This document shows, piece by piece, positions 1-9,702 of a stretch of DNA of 64,000 bases. A model generated the notes under the pieces. It did no database searches, was not told where the DNA came from, and saw only the letters and a program-made list of their open reading frames with translations. The position numbers and the translations under genes were made by a program. Each line of letters starts with the position of its first letter. Within the stretch, counting starts at the first letter, position 1. The DNA is from Gemmatimonadaceae bacterium (GTDB lineage Bacteria; Gemmatimonadota; Gemmatimonadetes; Gemmatimonadales; Gemmatimonadaceae). The stretch covers positions 1-64,000 of the forward strand of contig JBBDYA010000045.1 in NCBI GenBank assembly GCA_040902005.1. The letters run 5' to 3'.

Positions 1-1190
1 AGCTGATCCACTTCCACCTCGGCTCGCAGATCACCGACATCCGCTTCATCAAGAAGGGACTCCAGGAGATCACGCGCTTCTACGTCGAGTTGCGGCAGAT
101 GGGACTCGACATCACCCATCTCGACGTCGGAGGCGGACTGGGCGTGGACTATGACGGCACCAACTCCGAGTCCGACTCGAGCGTGAACTACTCGCTCCAG
201 GAATACGCCAACGACATCGTGTACACGATCGCCGAGGCGTGCAAGGAGCACGAGCTGGCCATGCCGCACCTCATCAGCGAGTCGGGACGCGCGCTGACCG
301 CGCACCACGCGCTGCTGCTGCTGAAGGTGATCGACGTCGACTCGCACGAGGTGCGCGCGCTGCCCGAGCTTACCGACGACGACCATGCGCTGTTGCACGA
401 GATGGCCGCGGACCACAAGGACGCCTCGCGCAAGAACCTCGCGCGGCGCCGCATCCGCGAGATCTACCACGACCTGACGTTCGACAAGGAGCGCGCGCAG
501 GAACTGTTCAACACGGGGGTTCTCTCGCTCCGCGGCCGCGCGATCGCGGAACGCATCTATTTCGCCACGCTGAACGTCATCGCCCGGCAGATGCAGCGGC
601 ACCCGGACGACTTCGAGGATACCATCAAGGATCTCGACGCGTCGCTCGTGGACCGGTACTTCTGCAACTTCTCGGTGTTCCAGTCGCTGCCAGACAGCTG
701 GGCGATCGATCAGCTCTTTCCCATCATGCCGATCCACCGGCTGGGCGAGCAGCCCACGCGCCGCGCCACCATCCAGGACGTGACCTGCGACTCCGACGGG
801 AAGATCGACCGGTTCGTTGGCGAGAAGAACGGTGCAGCCCACCTGGAGGTCCACGAGCCGCGTGACGGCGAGGCGTACATGCTGGGCGTGTTTCTCACCG
901 GGGCGTATCAGGAGATTCTCGGCGACCTGCACAACCTGTTCGGCGACACGAACGCGGTGCACATCCGCCTCGGGTCGAGCGGGTATGCGGTCACCGATCT
1001 GGTGCATGGTGACACCGTGACGGAGGTGCTGAACTACGTGCAGTTCCGGGCGGCGGATCTCCTGCAGGTATTCCGGCGAAAGGTGGGCACCGCCAAGCAT
1101 CTCGACCGGCAGGAGGCCAACACCTTCATCGCCGATTACGTGGCCGGACTGGAAGGCTACACCTATCTCGAAGGTGAGGCGGCGCAGTGA
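1..1190 (+). CDS. speA: Biosynthetic arginine decarboxylase (5'-truncated by window edge)
   Basis: Frame open from the window start (LIHFHLGSQI); DVGGGLGVDYDG, ESGRAL, NFSVFQSLPDSWAIDQLFP, TCDSDG and GAYQEILGDLHNLFG motifs. Confidence 0.95.
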   Translation, partial: LIHFHLGSQITDIRFIKKGLQEITRFYVELRQMGLDITHLDVGGGLGVDYDGTNSESDSSVNYSLQEYANDIVYTIAEACKEHELAMPHLISESGRALTAHHALLLLKVIDVDSHEVRALPELTDDDHALLHEMAADHKDASRKNLARRRIREIYHDLTFDKERAQELFNTGVLSLRGRAIAERIYFATLNVIARQMQRHPDDFEDTIKDLDASLVDRYFCNFSVFQSLPDSWAIDQLFPIMPIHRLGEQPTRRATIQDVTCDSDGKIDRFVGEKNGAAHLEVHEPRDGEAYMLGVFLTGAYQEILGDLHNLFGDTNAVHIRLGSSGYAVTDLVHGDTVTEVLNYVQFRAADLLQVFRRKVGTAKHLDRQEANTFIADYVAGLEGYTYLEGEAAQ

Positions 1191-2461
1191 CCACGTTCTT
1201 CGCGCTGCAGGCGGCCGTGCCGCTGGAGGAGGGCCACGCCGTCGCGAACGTCCTGATAATGCTGGTCGCCATCTTCGTGATGACGAAGGGCGGCGGGGAC
1301 CTCGCGCAGCGCATCGGACAGCCGGCCGTCCTTGGAGAACTCGTCGCCGGCGTTCTGCTCGGGGGCTCGGTGCTCGGACTGGTGGACCCCGCCAATCCGG
1401 TGATCGCCGCGATGGCGGAGATCGGCGTGATCGTGCTGCTCTTCTCGATCGGCCTGGAAACCTCGCTGAAATCCCTCTTGAAGGTCGGGCGCACGGCCGG
1501 GATGGTCGCCGTCGCCGGCGTCGTCGTGCCGTTTACGCTCGGCTACTACCTCGCCCTCTGGCTGGGACTTGCCGTCGTGCCGGCGCTCGTCTGCGGCGCG
1601 GCGCTGTGCGCGACCTCGGTTGGAATTTCCGCGCGCGTTCTCTCCGAGCTTGGCTGGCTGGATTCCGTCGAGGGCAAGGTGGTCCTCGGCGCGGCCGTCA
1701 TCGACGACATCATCGGCCTGATCATTCTGGCCGTGGTGGCCTCGCTCGTGTCGGGCGACACGCCGACGATCGCCTCGGTGGGACGGATCGCCGGCGTCGC
1801 CATCGCATTCGTCGCGGTGGCGGTGATCGCCGGCTCATTCGTCGCGCGTCCGCTGTTCCGGATCGTGGAGCGCGTGCGGGTCGCCGGCGCGCTGGGCATC
1901 TCGGCGCTCGCCTTCGCGTTCCTGCTCGCCTGGCTCGCCGATCTCAGCGGGTCCGCGATGATCATCGGCGCGTTCGCCGCGGGCGTGGTGCTGAACGCCA
2001 TCCCGCAGCGCCACGACATCGAGGTGGCCACCACCGGCATCGGCCACTTCTTCGTTCCGATCTTCTTCGCGTCCGTGGGCGCTGCCGTGGACCTCGGCGC
2101 GCTCATGAACGCGCACGCGCTCACGGTGGGTGGCGCGTTGATCGTGGCCGGCGTGATCGGCAAGGTGGCTGCCGGCTATGCCCCGTGGTGGTTCACGGGC
2201 AGGAAGTTGCTGGTGGGGGTCGCCATGGTGCCGCGCGGAGAAGTGGGGCTGATCTTCGCGCAGATGGGGTTGGCCGCCGGGGCGATCAACGCAGGCGAAT
2301 TCGGCGCGCTGATGTTGATGGTGCTCGTGACGACGTTCGTCACGCCGCCGGCCCTCGCGTATCTGTCACGTGGACGTCCCGCCAGCGGCCCTCAGGACCC
2401 GCCCGGCGCGGGGGGCATCGACGACCTCGTGGCCGGATCGGCGACGAGGGACGATCAGTAG
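1187..2461 (+). CDS. Cation:proton antiporter (CPA2/NapA family)
   Basis: Highly hydrophobic; GQPAVLGEL, ATSVGI, AAVIDD and MVPRGEVGL motifs; start overlaps speA stop. Confidence 0.9.
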   Translation: MTTFFALQAAVPLEEGHAVANVLIMLVAIFVMTKGGGDLAQRIGQPAVLGELVAGVLLGGSVLGLVDPANPVIAAMAEIGVIVLLFSIGLETSLKSLLKVGRTAGMVAVAGVVVPFTLGYYLALWLGLAVVPALVCGAALCATSVGISARVLSELGWLDSVEGKVVLGAAVIDDIIGLIILAVVASLVSGDTPTIASVGRIAGVAIAFVAVAVIAGSFVARPLFRIVERVRVAGALGISALAFAFLLAWLADLSGSAMIIGAFAAGVVLNAIPQRHDIEVATTGIGHFFVPIFFASVGAAVDLGALMNAHALTVGGALIVAGVIGKVAAGYAPWWFTGRKLLVGVAMVPRGEVGLIFAQMGLAAGAINAGEFGALMLMVLVTTFVTPPALAYLSRGRPASGPQDPPGAGGIDDLVAGSATRDDQ

Positions 2462-2489
2462 GCCGGCTGGCCGCTCGATCCCCCAGGTG

Positions 2490-2512
2490 GTCCCGGTCGG
2501 TCGCCGGGACTT
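2490..2512. terminator. Hairpin between convergent antiporter and sod genes
   Basis: GTCCCGG (2490-2496) / CCGGGAC (2504-2510); only a weak T tail. Confidence 0.3.
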
Positions 2513-2527
2513 GCATACGCCAGTTCC

Positions 2528-3130
2528 CTAGAGCCGTTTCTCCACGGCCGTCCAGTTCACCACGTTCCACCATGCCTTGATGTAATCGGGGCGGCGGTTC
2601 TGATAGTTCAGGTAGTACGCGTGCTCCCACACATCGAGCCCGAGCAGCACCGACTTGGCCGGCTTGCCGTCCATGAGCGGGTTGTCCTGGTTCGGCGAGC
2701 TCGTGATGGAGAGCTTGGCGCCGTCGCGCATGAGCCACACCCATCCGGATCCGAATCGCGCCGCGCCCGCGGCGGCGAACTGCTCCTTGAACTTCTCGAA
2801 ATCGCCGAACGACTGGGTGATTGCGCCGGCCAGCTGGCCGCTGGGCGCCGCGCCACCAGGACTCATGAGCTCCCAGAACAGCGTGTGATTCCAGTGTCCG
2901 CCGCCGTTGTTGCGCACCGCGGTGCGGACCGCCTCCGGCACTGAGTCCAGCCCGCCCAGCAGCGCGTCCAGCGACTTGCCCTGCAGCTCCGGCGCCTTGT
3001 CGAGCGCCGTATTCAGGTTGGTGACGTACGCCTGATGGTGCTTGCCGTGGTGAATCTCCATCGTGCGCGCATCGATGTGTGGCTCGAGCGCGTTGGAGGG
3101 ATATGGCAGCGGTGGTAGTGTGAAGGCCAT
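2528..3130 (-). CDS. sodA: Superoxide dismutase, Mn/Fe family
   Basis: [33 protein letters not shown] and [11 protein letters not shown] at 3130 gives 200 aa. GGG and NQD suggest Mn type. Confidence 0.95.
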   Translation of the reverse strand: MAFTLPPLPYPSNALEPHIDARTMEIHHGKHHQAYVTNLNTALDKAPELQGKSLDALLGGLDSVPEAVRTAVRNNGGGHWNHTLFWELMSPGGAAPSGQLAGAITQSFGDFEKFKEQFAAAGAARFGSGWVWLMRDGAKLSITSSPNQDNPLMDGKPAKSVLLGLDVWEHAYYLNYQNRRPDYIKAWWNVVNWTAVEKRL

Positions 3131-3370
3131 ACCGAATCCTCGGGCTGGGGTTCTGACAGGTGCCTGTCGGTGCCGGGGAATGTAGCGACCGCGATTGTGC
3201 GGGACGACGAGCGCTGGAGACCACGCGCGTGGCGCGATGCAGACGCCCGCATCCCGGCCGCGCCCGCCACGATCGGGAGATCGTGAGATAAAATGCACCC
3301 GATCGGCATGAATCGCGCAAGCCGGGTCCGGGACGACGATCGTAGTGTCGCAACCACCCGTGACGGAGCG

Positions 3371-4519
3371 ATGGCGGAAACGAGTCCCGGAGACAGCCAG
3401 GAGGCGCGCCGCGCGCCGCGGACCCCGGGGGGACGCCCGGCCCGCCGGCACGGGCTGTCCGCACGTGGCGAGCGCCGGCTCGATGCCGCGGGGCTGGTGC
3501 TGTTCGTGGTGTTCGCGAGCGCCTGGGCGTGGTCCATCCACTACGCCAATACCGCGGAGCGGCGCGGGGAACCCATCGCCCGGCCGTCGTCCATGCTGAG
3601 TGCGGCGCTGACGGGTCGCGACGTCCGGGCCACCGCGTATCTGACCGACGCCGCGCTCGAGGCGTTTGCGTCCACGGCGCGCGGGGCGAGCGGAAAGCTC
3701 CAGGTGCAGACCGTGCTCCCGGGCGACACACTCCGGGCCGACTCCGTGCCGGGCGATGCCCGCGTCGTCTACCGCTCGCACGGGGCCGCGGCGACCGAGC
3801 CGGAAGCGCGGCCGGCAGTGCCCGGCATTCGCGCCGTCGCGGTGGCGATCGGCAACGCCATCAAGCCGGTGTCGAACCTCAACCTGATTACGCTCCACCC
3901 GTTCAGCGCCAAGCGGCAGGGGCGCATCGGCCAGTACCTGATCGGAAGCTGGCCCGGCGAGCGCGGGGCGAGCGGCCCGAGCCAGGCACCGCCCGAACGA
4001 TATGCCAACCCGCGCGGCTTCATTCAGGTGATGCGGGAGAATCAGGACACGCGCGTCTCCGAACACTTCCGCCTGCGGGACTTTCTCACGAAAGGACAGC
4101 CGGACGTCTGGCCGAAGTATCTCGTGCTCGAGATGCGGCTGGTCGACAAGCTCGAGCTGGTGCTCAGCGACCTCGCCGCGCGCGGCATCGCGGTGGACGC
4201 GCCGGTCGTGATGAGCGGCTTTCGCACACCCTCCTACAACGTGGGCGGAGGAAATACGGAAGGGCGAGCCGACCTCAGCCGGCACATGTACGGCGACGCA
4301 GCCGATCTCTTCCTGGATAGCGACCGCAACGGGACCCTGGACGACCTCAACGGTGACGGACGGGTCGACACACGCGATGTCCGAGTGATTCTGGACGCGG
4401 TGGACCGCGTTGAGCGCTCCCATCCCACACTCGTTGGGGGGGCAGGCGTGTACGGCGCGTGCTGCGGGCACGGACCTTTCATTCATATCGACACGCGAGG
4501 CTATCGCGCGCGCTGGTGA
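3371..4519 (+). CDS. Membrane-anchored peptidase M15/YcbK-like Zn metallopeptidase
   Basis: GGAG RBS before ATG 3371; one N-terminal [18 protein letters not shown] and FIHIDTRG motifs. Confidence 0.8.
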   Translation: MAETSPGDSQEARRAPRTPGGRPARRHGLSARGERRLDAAGLVLFVVFASAWAWSIHYANTAERRGEPIARPSSMLSAALTGRDVRATAYLTDAALEAFASTARGASGKLQVQTVLPGDTLRADSVPGDARVVYRSHGAAATEPEARPAVPGIRAVAVAIGNAIKPVSNLNLITLHPFSAKRQGRIGQYLIGSWPGERGASGPSQAPPERYANPRGFIQVMRENQDTRVSEHFRLRDFLTKGQPDVWPKYLVLEMRLVDKLELVLSDLAARGIAVDAPVVMSGFRTPSYNVGGGNTEGRADLSRHMYGDAADLFLDSDRNGTLDDLNGDGRVDTRDVRVILDAVDRVERSHPTLVGGAGVYGACCGHGPFIHIDTRGYRARW

Positions 4520-4537
4520 CATCCGAGGAGGGTTGAC

Positions 4538-4963
4538 GTGGACCAACGACGGGGAACCGACCTGGTCGGTGACGTGCGAACCAAGAAGGGAGAGGAGGCG
4601 CTCGAAGGGCTTCCCGAGATTCCGGGCGTCCGTTCTTCCGATCTGGAGCCGTACGTGGGGCTCCGGTACCTGTCCAAGCTGTTTCGCCTGATCGCGATCA
4701 TCCTGCTGCTACTGCTGGTGGCGGAGATCGTCACCGGGCTCACGACGCAGGGGAGCGCGGCAATTCCGACATTGCTGGGCGAAGCCAGCCGACTGATCGT
4801 GCTCGCGGGCGCGCTCTGGGGAATCGGCGACCTCGCCATCCTCATGATCGACGTTGGACACGACATCCGCGCAGCCCGGGTCTATCTCAGCCGGATGGAG
4901 AAGGCGCCGACCGAACGCGATCGCACCACGAAGGTACCACCCATCTCAACGAGGACTGCCTGA
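4538..4963 (+). CDS. Hypothetical two-TM membrane protein
   Basis: GAGGAGG RBS, GTG start, two hydrophobic helices. Confidence 0.7.
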   Translation: MDQRRGTDLVGDVRTKKGEEALEGLPEIPGVRSSDLEPYVGLRYLSKLFRLIAIILLLLLVAEIVTGLTTQGSAAIPTLLGEASRLIVLAGALWGIGDLAILMIDVGHDIRAARVYLSRMEKAPTERDRTTKVPPISTRTA

Positions 4964-4964
4964 C

Positions 4965-5117
4965 ATGCTTTGGACTATCGCCGTCGTACTGCTCATCCTC
5001 TGGCTGCTGGGGGCGTTCGCCTTCAACGTCGCCGGAGGACTGATCCACATCCTGCTGGTGATCGCCGTGATCGTGGTGCTGTATCGAGTGATCACGGGAC
5101 GCCGTCCGGTCGCGTAG
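4965..5117 (+). CDS. Small membrane protein, lmo0937 family
   Basis: MLWTIAVVLLILWLLG...GGLIHILLVIAVIVVL pattern; ATG 2 nt after upstream stop. Confidence 0.8.
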   Translation: MLWTIAVVLLILWLLGAFAFNVAGGLIHILLVIAVIVVLYRVITGRRPVA

Positions 5118-5210
5118 GGAAGCCTCCTACCGGACCAGCGGCATTTTCTTACGGGCCGCGCGTTGCGCGTTGCGCGTCGAACTCGGTGATCCCCTGAACC
5201 GCCAGATCCC

Positions 5211-7829
5211 CTGCTGACACTTCACGTCGTTACCCATACGCACTGGGATCGCGAGTGGTATCATCCCGCCGAACGGTTCCGCCAGCGCCTGGTGCCGCTC
5301 GTGGACGAACTGCTCGACCCGGTCGGCGATTCCCGGTCCAGCTTTCTGCTCGACGGACAGACGGTGGTGCTGGAGGACTACCTGGACGTGCGTCCGGACC
5401 GTGCCTCCGAAGTGGCGGCCGCGCTGCGGGAGCAGCGGCTGGAGGCGGGCCCCTGGTTTGTTCTCGCGGATGGCCTGATCCCCGGTGGCGAAGGACTCGT
5501 CCGCAACCTGCTCGCCGGGCGACGGACGCTCCAGGCGCTGCGAGCCACGCCGCCGCCCGTCCTGTACTGTCCCGATTCTTTCGGGCATCCCGCGGCGCTC
5601 CCGACGCTTGCGCGCGGATTCGACACGGCGGTCGTCGTGCTCTGGCGCGGCTACGGCGGCGCGAATGCGCCCGACGGCGACACCGCCTGGTGGTCCGCGC
5701 CGGCCGGAGACCGGGTCGTGTTGTTTCACCTCACGCCGTCGGGGTACGAGTTGGCGGCGAACCTCCCGTCCGAACCGCAGGCCGCGCGCGCGCGCTGGGC
5801 GCGCATGCGCGGGGAACTGGCCGGGCGCGCGACGACGGGCGCGGCCCTCCTGCTCAACGGCGCCGACCATCACGCGCGGCAGCCGGATCTCGCCGGCGCG
5901 CTTGCAGCCCTGCGCGACGCGGCGGCGCCGGACGAGGTCAGGGCAAGCTCGCTCGCGGAGTTCGCGCGGGACCTCGTGCGGCGCTCCAGCGACGCGCCCC
6001 TGCCGCAACTGCGCGGCGAACTGCGGGATTCCTACGGATACACCTGGACGCTCCAGGGAACGTTGGCCAGCCGCGCCGGCCAGAAACGGCGCTACGCGCT
6101 GCGTGAGCGCGAGCTGGTGCGCGACGTGGAACCGTGGGCGGCGATCGCGCGGTTCAACGGAGGCGCGTCCCGTCGCCAGCTGATGAATGCCGCCTGGCGC
6201 CCGGTGCTCTTGTGCCAGGCCCACGACACGCTCTGCGGCACGGGTGTGGACCCGGTGGCGCGCGCCATGGATGCACGGCTGGAGAGTGCCGCCGTGCAGG
6301 CGGCCGGGCTGCGCGAGGACGCGATCCTCGATCTCATCGGACACGATCGCGATGCGGCGCGCGCGCCCGGGGAACGCTGGCGCTCGATCCTGTTGCTGCG
6401 GAATCGCGCGCCCAGGGCGCGCTCCGGCGTGGCCGACGTGTCCCTCGCGCTCAAGCTGGCCGACGTGCCGGTGGGTCCGGGGTCGTCGCACGTGAGCCTG
6501 TCCGCGGCGCGAGCGGCCGGCTTCCTTGCCACGCGATGGCCGTTTGGCGAACCGGTGCAGATCCTCGACATGGCGGTGGTCAATGAGCTGACGGAGGCGC
6601 CGCGATTCTATCCCGACAACGACGCCGTGGTGCGATTCGACGCCGTTGCGTGGGTCGATCATGCGGAGCCGTACGGCGTCACGGCGTTCGAGTATCCCGA
6701 GCACCCGCGGCCGGAACAGACCGTGCCGTATCCCGTGGTCGCGCGCGGCCGCTCGGTCAGCAATGGCAGGATCTCGCTGCGGTGGGATGCCGCCGGACGC
6801 CTCACGTTCGAGCACCTGGCGGCCGGCCGCGTGATCCGGAGCCTGCTGGACTGGGAGAGCCGCCGTGACGGGGGCGACCTGTACACGCCGTCCATTCGCG
6901 GGCGCAAGCTTGCCCCGCGACTGCTCGGCACGCGCGTGCTGCATCCCGGTCCGCTGCGCGGCGTGGTCGAGCAGCGCTGGCGCTTTGCGGCAAAGGGCGA
7001 GCGCGTGGACGTCGCCGTGCGATTCCTGATCGATGCGGATGGCGCGCACCTCCGAATGCATGTCGTCGGCGAGAACGCGGCACGCGACCACCGGCTGCGG
7101 CTGCGCGTGCGGACCGACGTTCGCGATGGCATCACCGTAGCGGATGCGGCGTTCGGTCCCGTCGAGCGCGCGCCTGCGCACGGCCCGGACGCACGGATGG
7201 AGCGGCGCGTACACACGGCGCCGCTGCACCGGTACGTGTCGCAGTTCGCCGAGCAGAGCGGGGGGGGGGCCACACTCTTTGCCGACGGCCTGGCGGAATA
7301 CGAATCGCTGAAGGACGGGTTTGCGGTGACGCTCCTCCGCGCCGTGGGCGAACTGTCGCGCAGCAACCTGGTGGAACGCCCGGGCCACGCCGGATGGCCG
7401 GCGCCCACGCCCGACGCCCAATGCCAGGGGCCCTTCGAGTGCCATCTCGCGCTGCTGCTCCACGGCGCGCGGTCGAGCGCCGTGATCGACGAGATCGAGC
7501 GCGTCGCGGACGACGTGCTCCACCCGCTGGTGGGCGAGACGCTGCGCTCCGCCCTGCGGGTGCCCGGGCCCGTTCATGGCATGGCACTCGAGGGCGAGGG
7601 ACTCGCCCTGTCCGCTGTCAAGGAAAGTGAAGACGGAGAGTGGCTGGTGCTGCGTTGCGTGAATCTGGTGAACGAGGAGCGCGAGGGAACGTGGCGGGTG
7701 GGCCGCATCGCGGAGGACGCGCAGCTGGCCCGGCTGGACGAGACGCCGCTCGAACCGCTCGCGGTGCGCGGCGACGCCATCGCGTTCCGCGCGCCCCCGC
7801 GGGGCGTCGTGACGATTCTCGTCCGCTAG
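5211..7829 (+). CDS. Glycoside hydrolase family 38 (alpha-mannosidase/MngB-like); start uncertain
   Basis: HTHWDREW lies in frame upstream of the first GTG (5292); LDGQ, GPWF, PDSFGH (nucleophile), HDTLCG, TLLRAVG and LSAVKESED. Confidence 0.85.
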   Translation: MLTLHVVTHTHWDREWYHPAERFRQRLVPLVDELLDPVGDSRSSFLLDGQTVVLEDYLDVRPDRASEVAAALREQRLEAGPWFVLADGLIPGGEGLVRNLLAGRRTLQALRATPPPVLYCPDSFGHPAALPTLARGFDTAVVVLWRGYGGANAPDGDTAWWSAPAGDRVVLFHLTPSGYELAANLPSEPQAARARWARMRGELAGRATTGAALLLNGADHHARQPDLAGALAALRDAAAPDEVRASSLAEFARDLVRRSSDAPLPQLRGELRDSYGYTWTLQGTLASRAGQKRRYALRERELVRDVEPWAAIARFNGGASRRQLMNAAWRPVLLCQAHDTLCGTGVDPVARAMDARLESAAVQAAGLREDAILDLIGHDRDAARAPGERWRSILLLRNRAPRARSGVADVSLALKLADVPVGPGSSHVSLSAARAAGFLATRWPFGEPVQILDMAVVNELTEAPRFYPDNDAVVRFDAVAWVDHAEPYGVTAFEYPEHPRPEQTVPYPVVARGRSVSNGRISLRWDAAGRLTFEHLAAGRVIRSLLDWESRRDGGDLYTPSIRGRKLAPRLLGTRVLHPGPLRGVVEQRWRFAAKGERVDVAVRFLIDADGAHLRMHVVGENAARDHRLRLRVRTDVRDGITVADAAFGPVERAPAHGPDARMERRVHTAPLHRYVSQFAEQSGGGATLFADGLAEYESLKDGFAVTLLRAVGELSRSNLVERPGHAGWPAPTPDAQCQGPFECHLALLLHGARSSAVIDEIERVADDVLHPLVGETLRSALRVPGPVHGMALEGEGLALSAVKESEDGEWLVLRCVNLVNEEREGTWRVGRIAEDAQLARLDETPLEPLAVRGDAIAFRAPPRGVVTILVR

Positions 7830-8707
7830 ACGCGGTCGGCGAGATCGCGACGCTGCGCGCCGCGCTCGCCCGCCAGCCGGTCGCGCGCGGCGTCGCCGAT
7901 CAGCGTCGCGGCGAGCACCGTGGCGATCAGCGCCAGCCCGGGCGCCACGGCAACCCACGGTGCCGTGACGATGAGGTCGCGTCCACCGGCGATCATGTTC
8001 CCCCAGCTCGGGCGCGGCGGCTGAATGCCCATGCCAAGAAACGACAGGCCGCTCTCCAGCAGGATGGCGTTGCCCACGCCGAGCGTCGTCGCCACGATCG
8101 CGGGCCCGAGCGCATTCGGCAGCGCATGCCGCCATAACACTCGCCAGCGCCGCATTCCCAGCGCCTGCGCCGCTTGCACGTACGGCTGGGCGCTCACCCC
8201 GAGTATCTCCGCGCGAATCATCCGGGCCACCCCCATCCACCCGGTGGCGATCAGCACGATCACCACGGTCAGCAGCCCGGGCTGCCAGAGCGCCGCGCAC
8301 ACCAGCAGCAGCACCAGCCGCGGAACGGACAGCAGCGTATCGCCGAATCCCATGATCGCGCGATCCAGCCACCCGCCGCGCCACGCCGCCACCGCGCCGA
8401 GCAGCGTGCCCACCGCCGCGGCGACGACAGACCCCACGATCCCTACCGCCAGCGAGATCCGTCCCGCGAGCATCATCCGCACGAGCAGGTCGCGCCCGAA
8501 TCGATCCGTGCCCAGCAGGTGCAGGGACCCTTCGGCGTCCCGCGAGAACGGCGGCAACAGACGCAGCGACAGCACGTCGCCGATGGCCAGCGGATCGCCC
8601 CGCGAGAAGAACGGGACTACGACGCACGCCAGGGCAACGAGCGCGAGGAGCGCCAGCGGCCAGGCGAGCGCGCGATCGCGGCGCAGCGCGAACCAGAGGC
8701 GCCTCAT
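7826..8707 (-). CDS. Opp/Dpp-family ABC permease (DppC-like)
   Basis: LGTDRFGRD, HALPN, ESGLSFLG and SWGNMI; ATG overlaps upstream stop. Confidence 0.9.
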   Translation of the reverse strand: MRRLWFALRRDRALAWPLALLALVALACVVVPFFSRGDPLAIGDVLSLRLLPPFSRDAEGSLHLLGTDRFGRDLLVRMMLAGRISLAVGIVGSVVAAAVGTLLGAVAAWRGGWLDRAIMGFGDTLLSVPRLVLLLVCAALWQPGLLTVVIVLIATGWMGVARMIRAEILGVSAQPYVQAAQALGMRRWRVLWRHALPNALGPAIVATTLGVGNAILLESGLSFLGMGIQPPRPSWGNMIAGGRDLIVTAPWVAVAPGLALIATVLAATLIGDAARDRLAGERGAQRRDLADRV

Positions 8708-9693
8708 GCGCGCTCCCGACGCGGGTCCAGCAGCGGCAGCGCGATCTCCGCGGCGAGATTGGCCGCGATCACCGCCGCGGCGTAGAACACCGTCGCTCCC
8801 ATCACCACGGGGTAGTCCCGCGCGAGAATCGCGTTGAGCATGGCGCGCCCGAGTCCCGGCCACGCGAACACGGACTCCACGAAGATCGATCCCGCGAGCA
8901 AGCCCGGCAGCGACAGCGCAAATAGCACGACCAATATGGGGAGAACGTTGGCGAGCACGTGACGCTGGTACACCTGGCGGCCCGTGAGTCCCTTGGCGTG
9001 CGCGGTGCGCACGAAGTCGAGCTGCAGCACGTCGGCGACGCTCGAGCGCGTGTAGCGCGCGATACCGGCCGCGCCGACGCTGGCGAGAATGGCGACGGGA
9101 AGAATCGCATGGCGGATCACGTCCACCACGGCGGCCCAGCCCGTGAGCGTGACGCCGGGCGTGCGGATGCCGAAGGCGGGAAGCCGCCACTCCGCCGGCA
9201 GGCCCAGGGTGGCGGCGCCGTAGGTGAACAGGGCCACGAGCGCGAGCGCCAGCCAGAAGGTCGGGGCGGCATAGACCGCGGTGGTGAGCACCGTGAGCAC
9301 GCGGTCGGTCAGCCGGCCGCGCCGCGCCGCCTGTAGCATGCCCACCGGCACACCGATGAGAAACGTCAGGGTGAGGGACGCGGCGCCGAGTGCCAGGGAG
9401 ATTGGCGCGGCTTCGCCAAGGACCGTGGTCACCGGACGGGCCGACGTGAAGCTCATTCCGAGGTCGCCACGCAGCACGGCGCCCAGCCACTGTGCATATT
9501 GCACGGGCATGGAACGATTGAGTCCCAGCTCGCCGCGCAGACGCGCGGCATCCGCGGCGGTGGCGTCCGGCGCGATCAGCAATGCGGTCGGATCGCCCGG
9601 TGCGAGCCGGACAAGCCCGAACGTGAGCGTCACCACAAGCCAGAGCAACACGAGCGCCACGGCGATTCGCCGCACCAGCATCAGGACTGCCAC
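8704..9693 (-). CDS. Opp/Dpp-family ABC permease (DppB-like)
   Basis: PGDP, GDLGMS, FVRTAHAKGL, HVLAN, ESVFAWPGLG and LDPR. Confidence 0.9.
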   Translation of the reverse strand: MAVLMLVRRIAVALVLLWLVVTLTFGLVRLAPGDPTALLIAPDATAADAARLRGELGLNRSMPVQYAQWLGAVLRGDLGMSFTSARPVTTVLGEAAPISLALGAASLTLTFLIGVPVGMLQAARRGRLTDRVLTVLTTAVYAAPTFWLALALVALFTYGAATLGLPAEWRLPAFGIRTPGVTLTGWAAVVDVIRHAILPVAILASVGAAGIARYTRSSVADVLQLDFVRTAHAKGLTGRQVYQRHVLANVLPILVVLFALSLPGLLAGSIFVESVFAWPGLGRAMLNAILARDYPVVMGATVFYAAAVIAANLAAEIALPLLDPRRERA

Positions 9694-9702
9694 GGCTGGA
9701 TA

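Noticed and set aside
3131..4546. Apparent 672-aa SOD with a long N-terminal extension
   Set aside because: The extension is antisense to the M15 peptidase; SOD begins at ATG 3130
5127..8627. 1166-aa minus-strand ORF and other long antisense or alternate-frame ORFs (e.g. 18964-21678, 13830-15797, 33171-34991)
   Set aside because: Arg/Ala/Gly-rich shadows of motif-bearing genes, expected at this GC content
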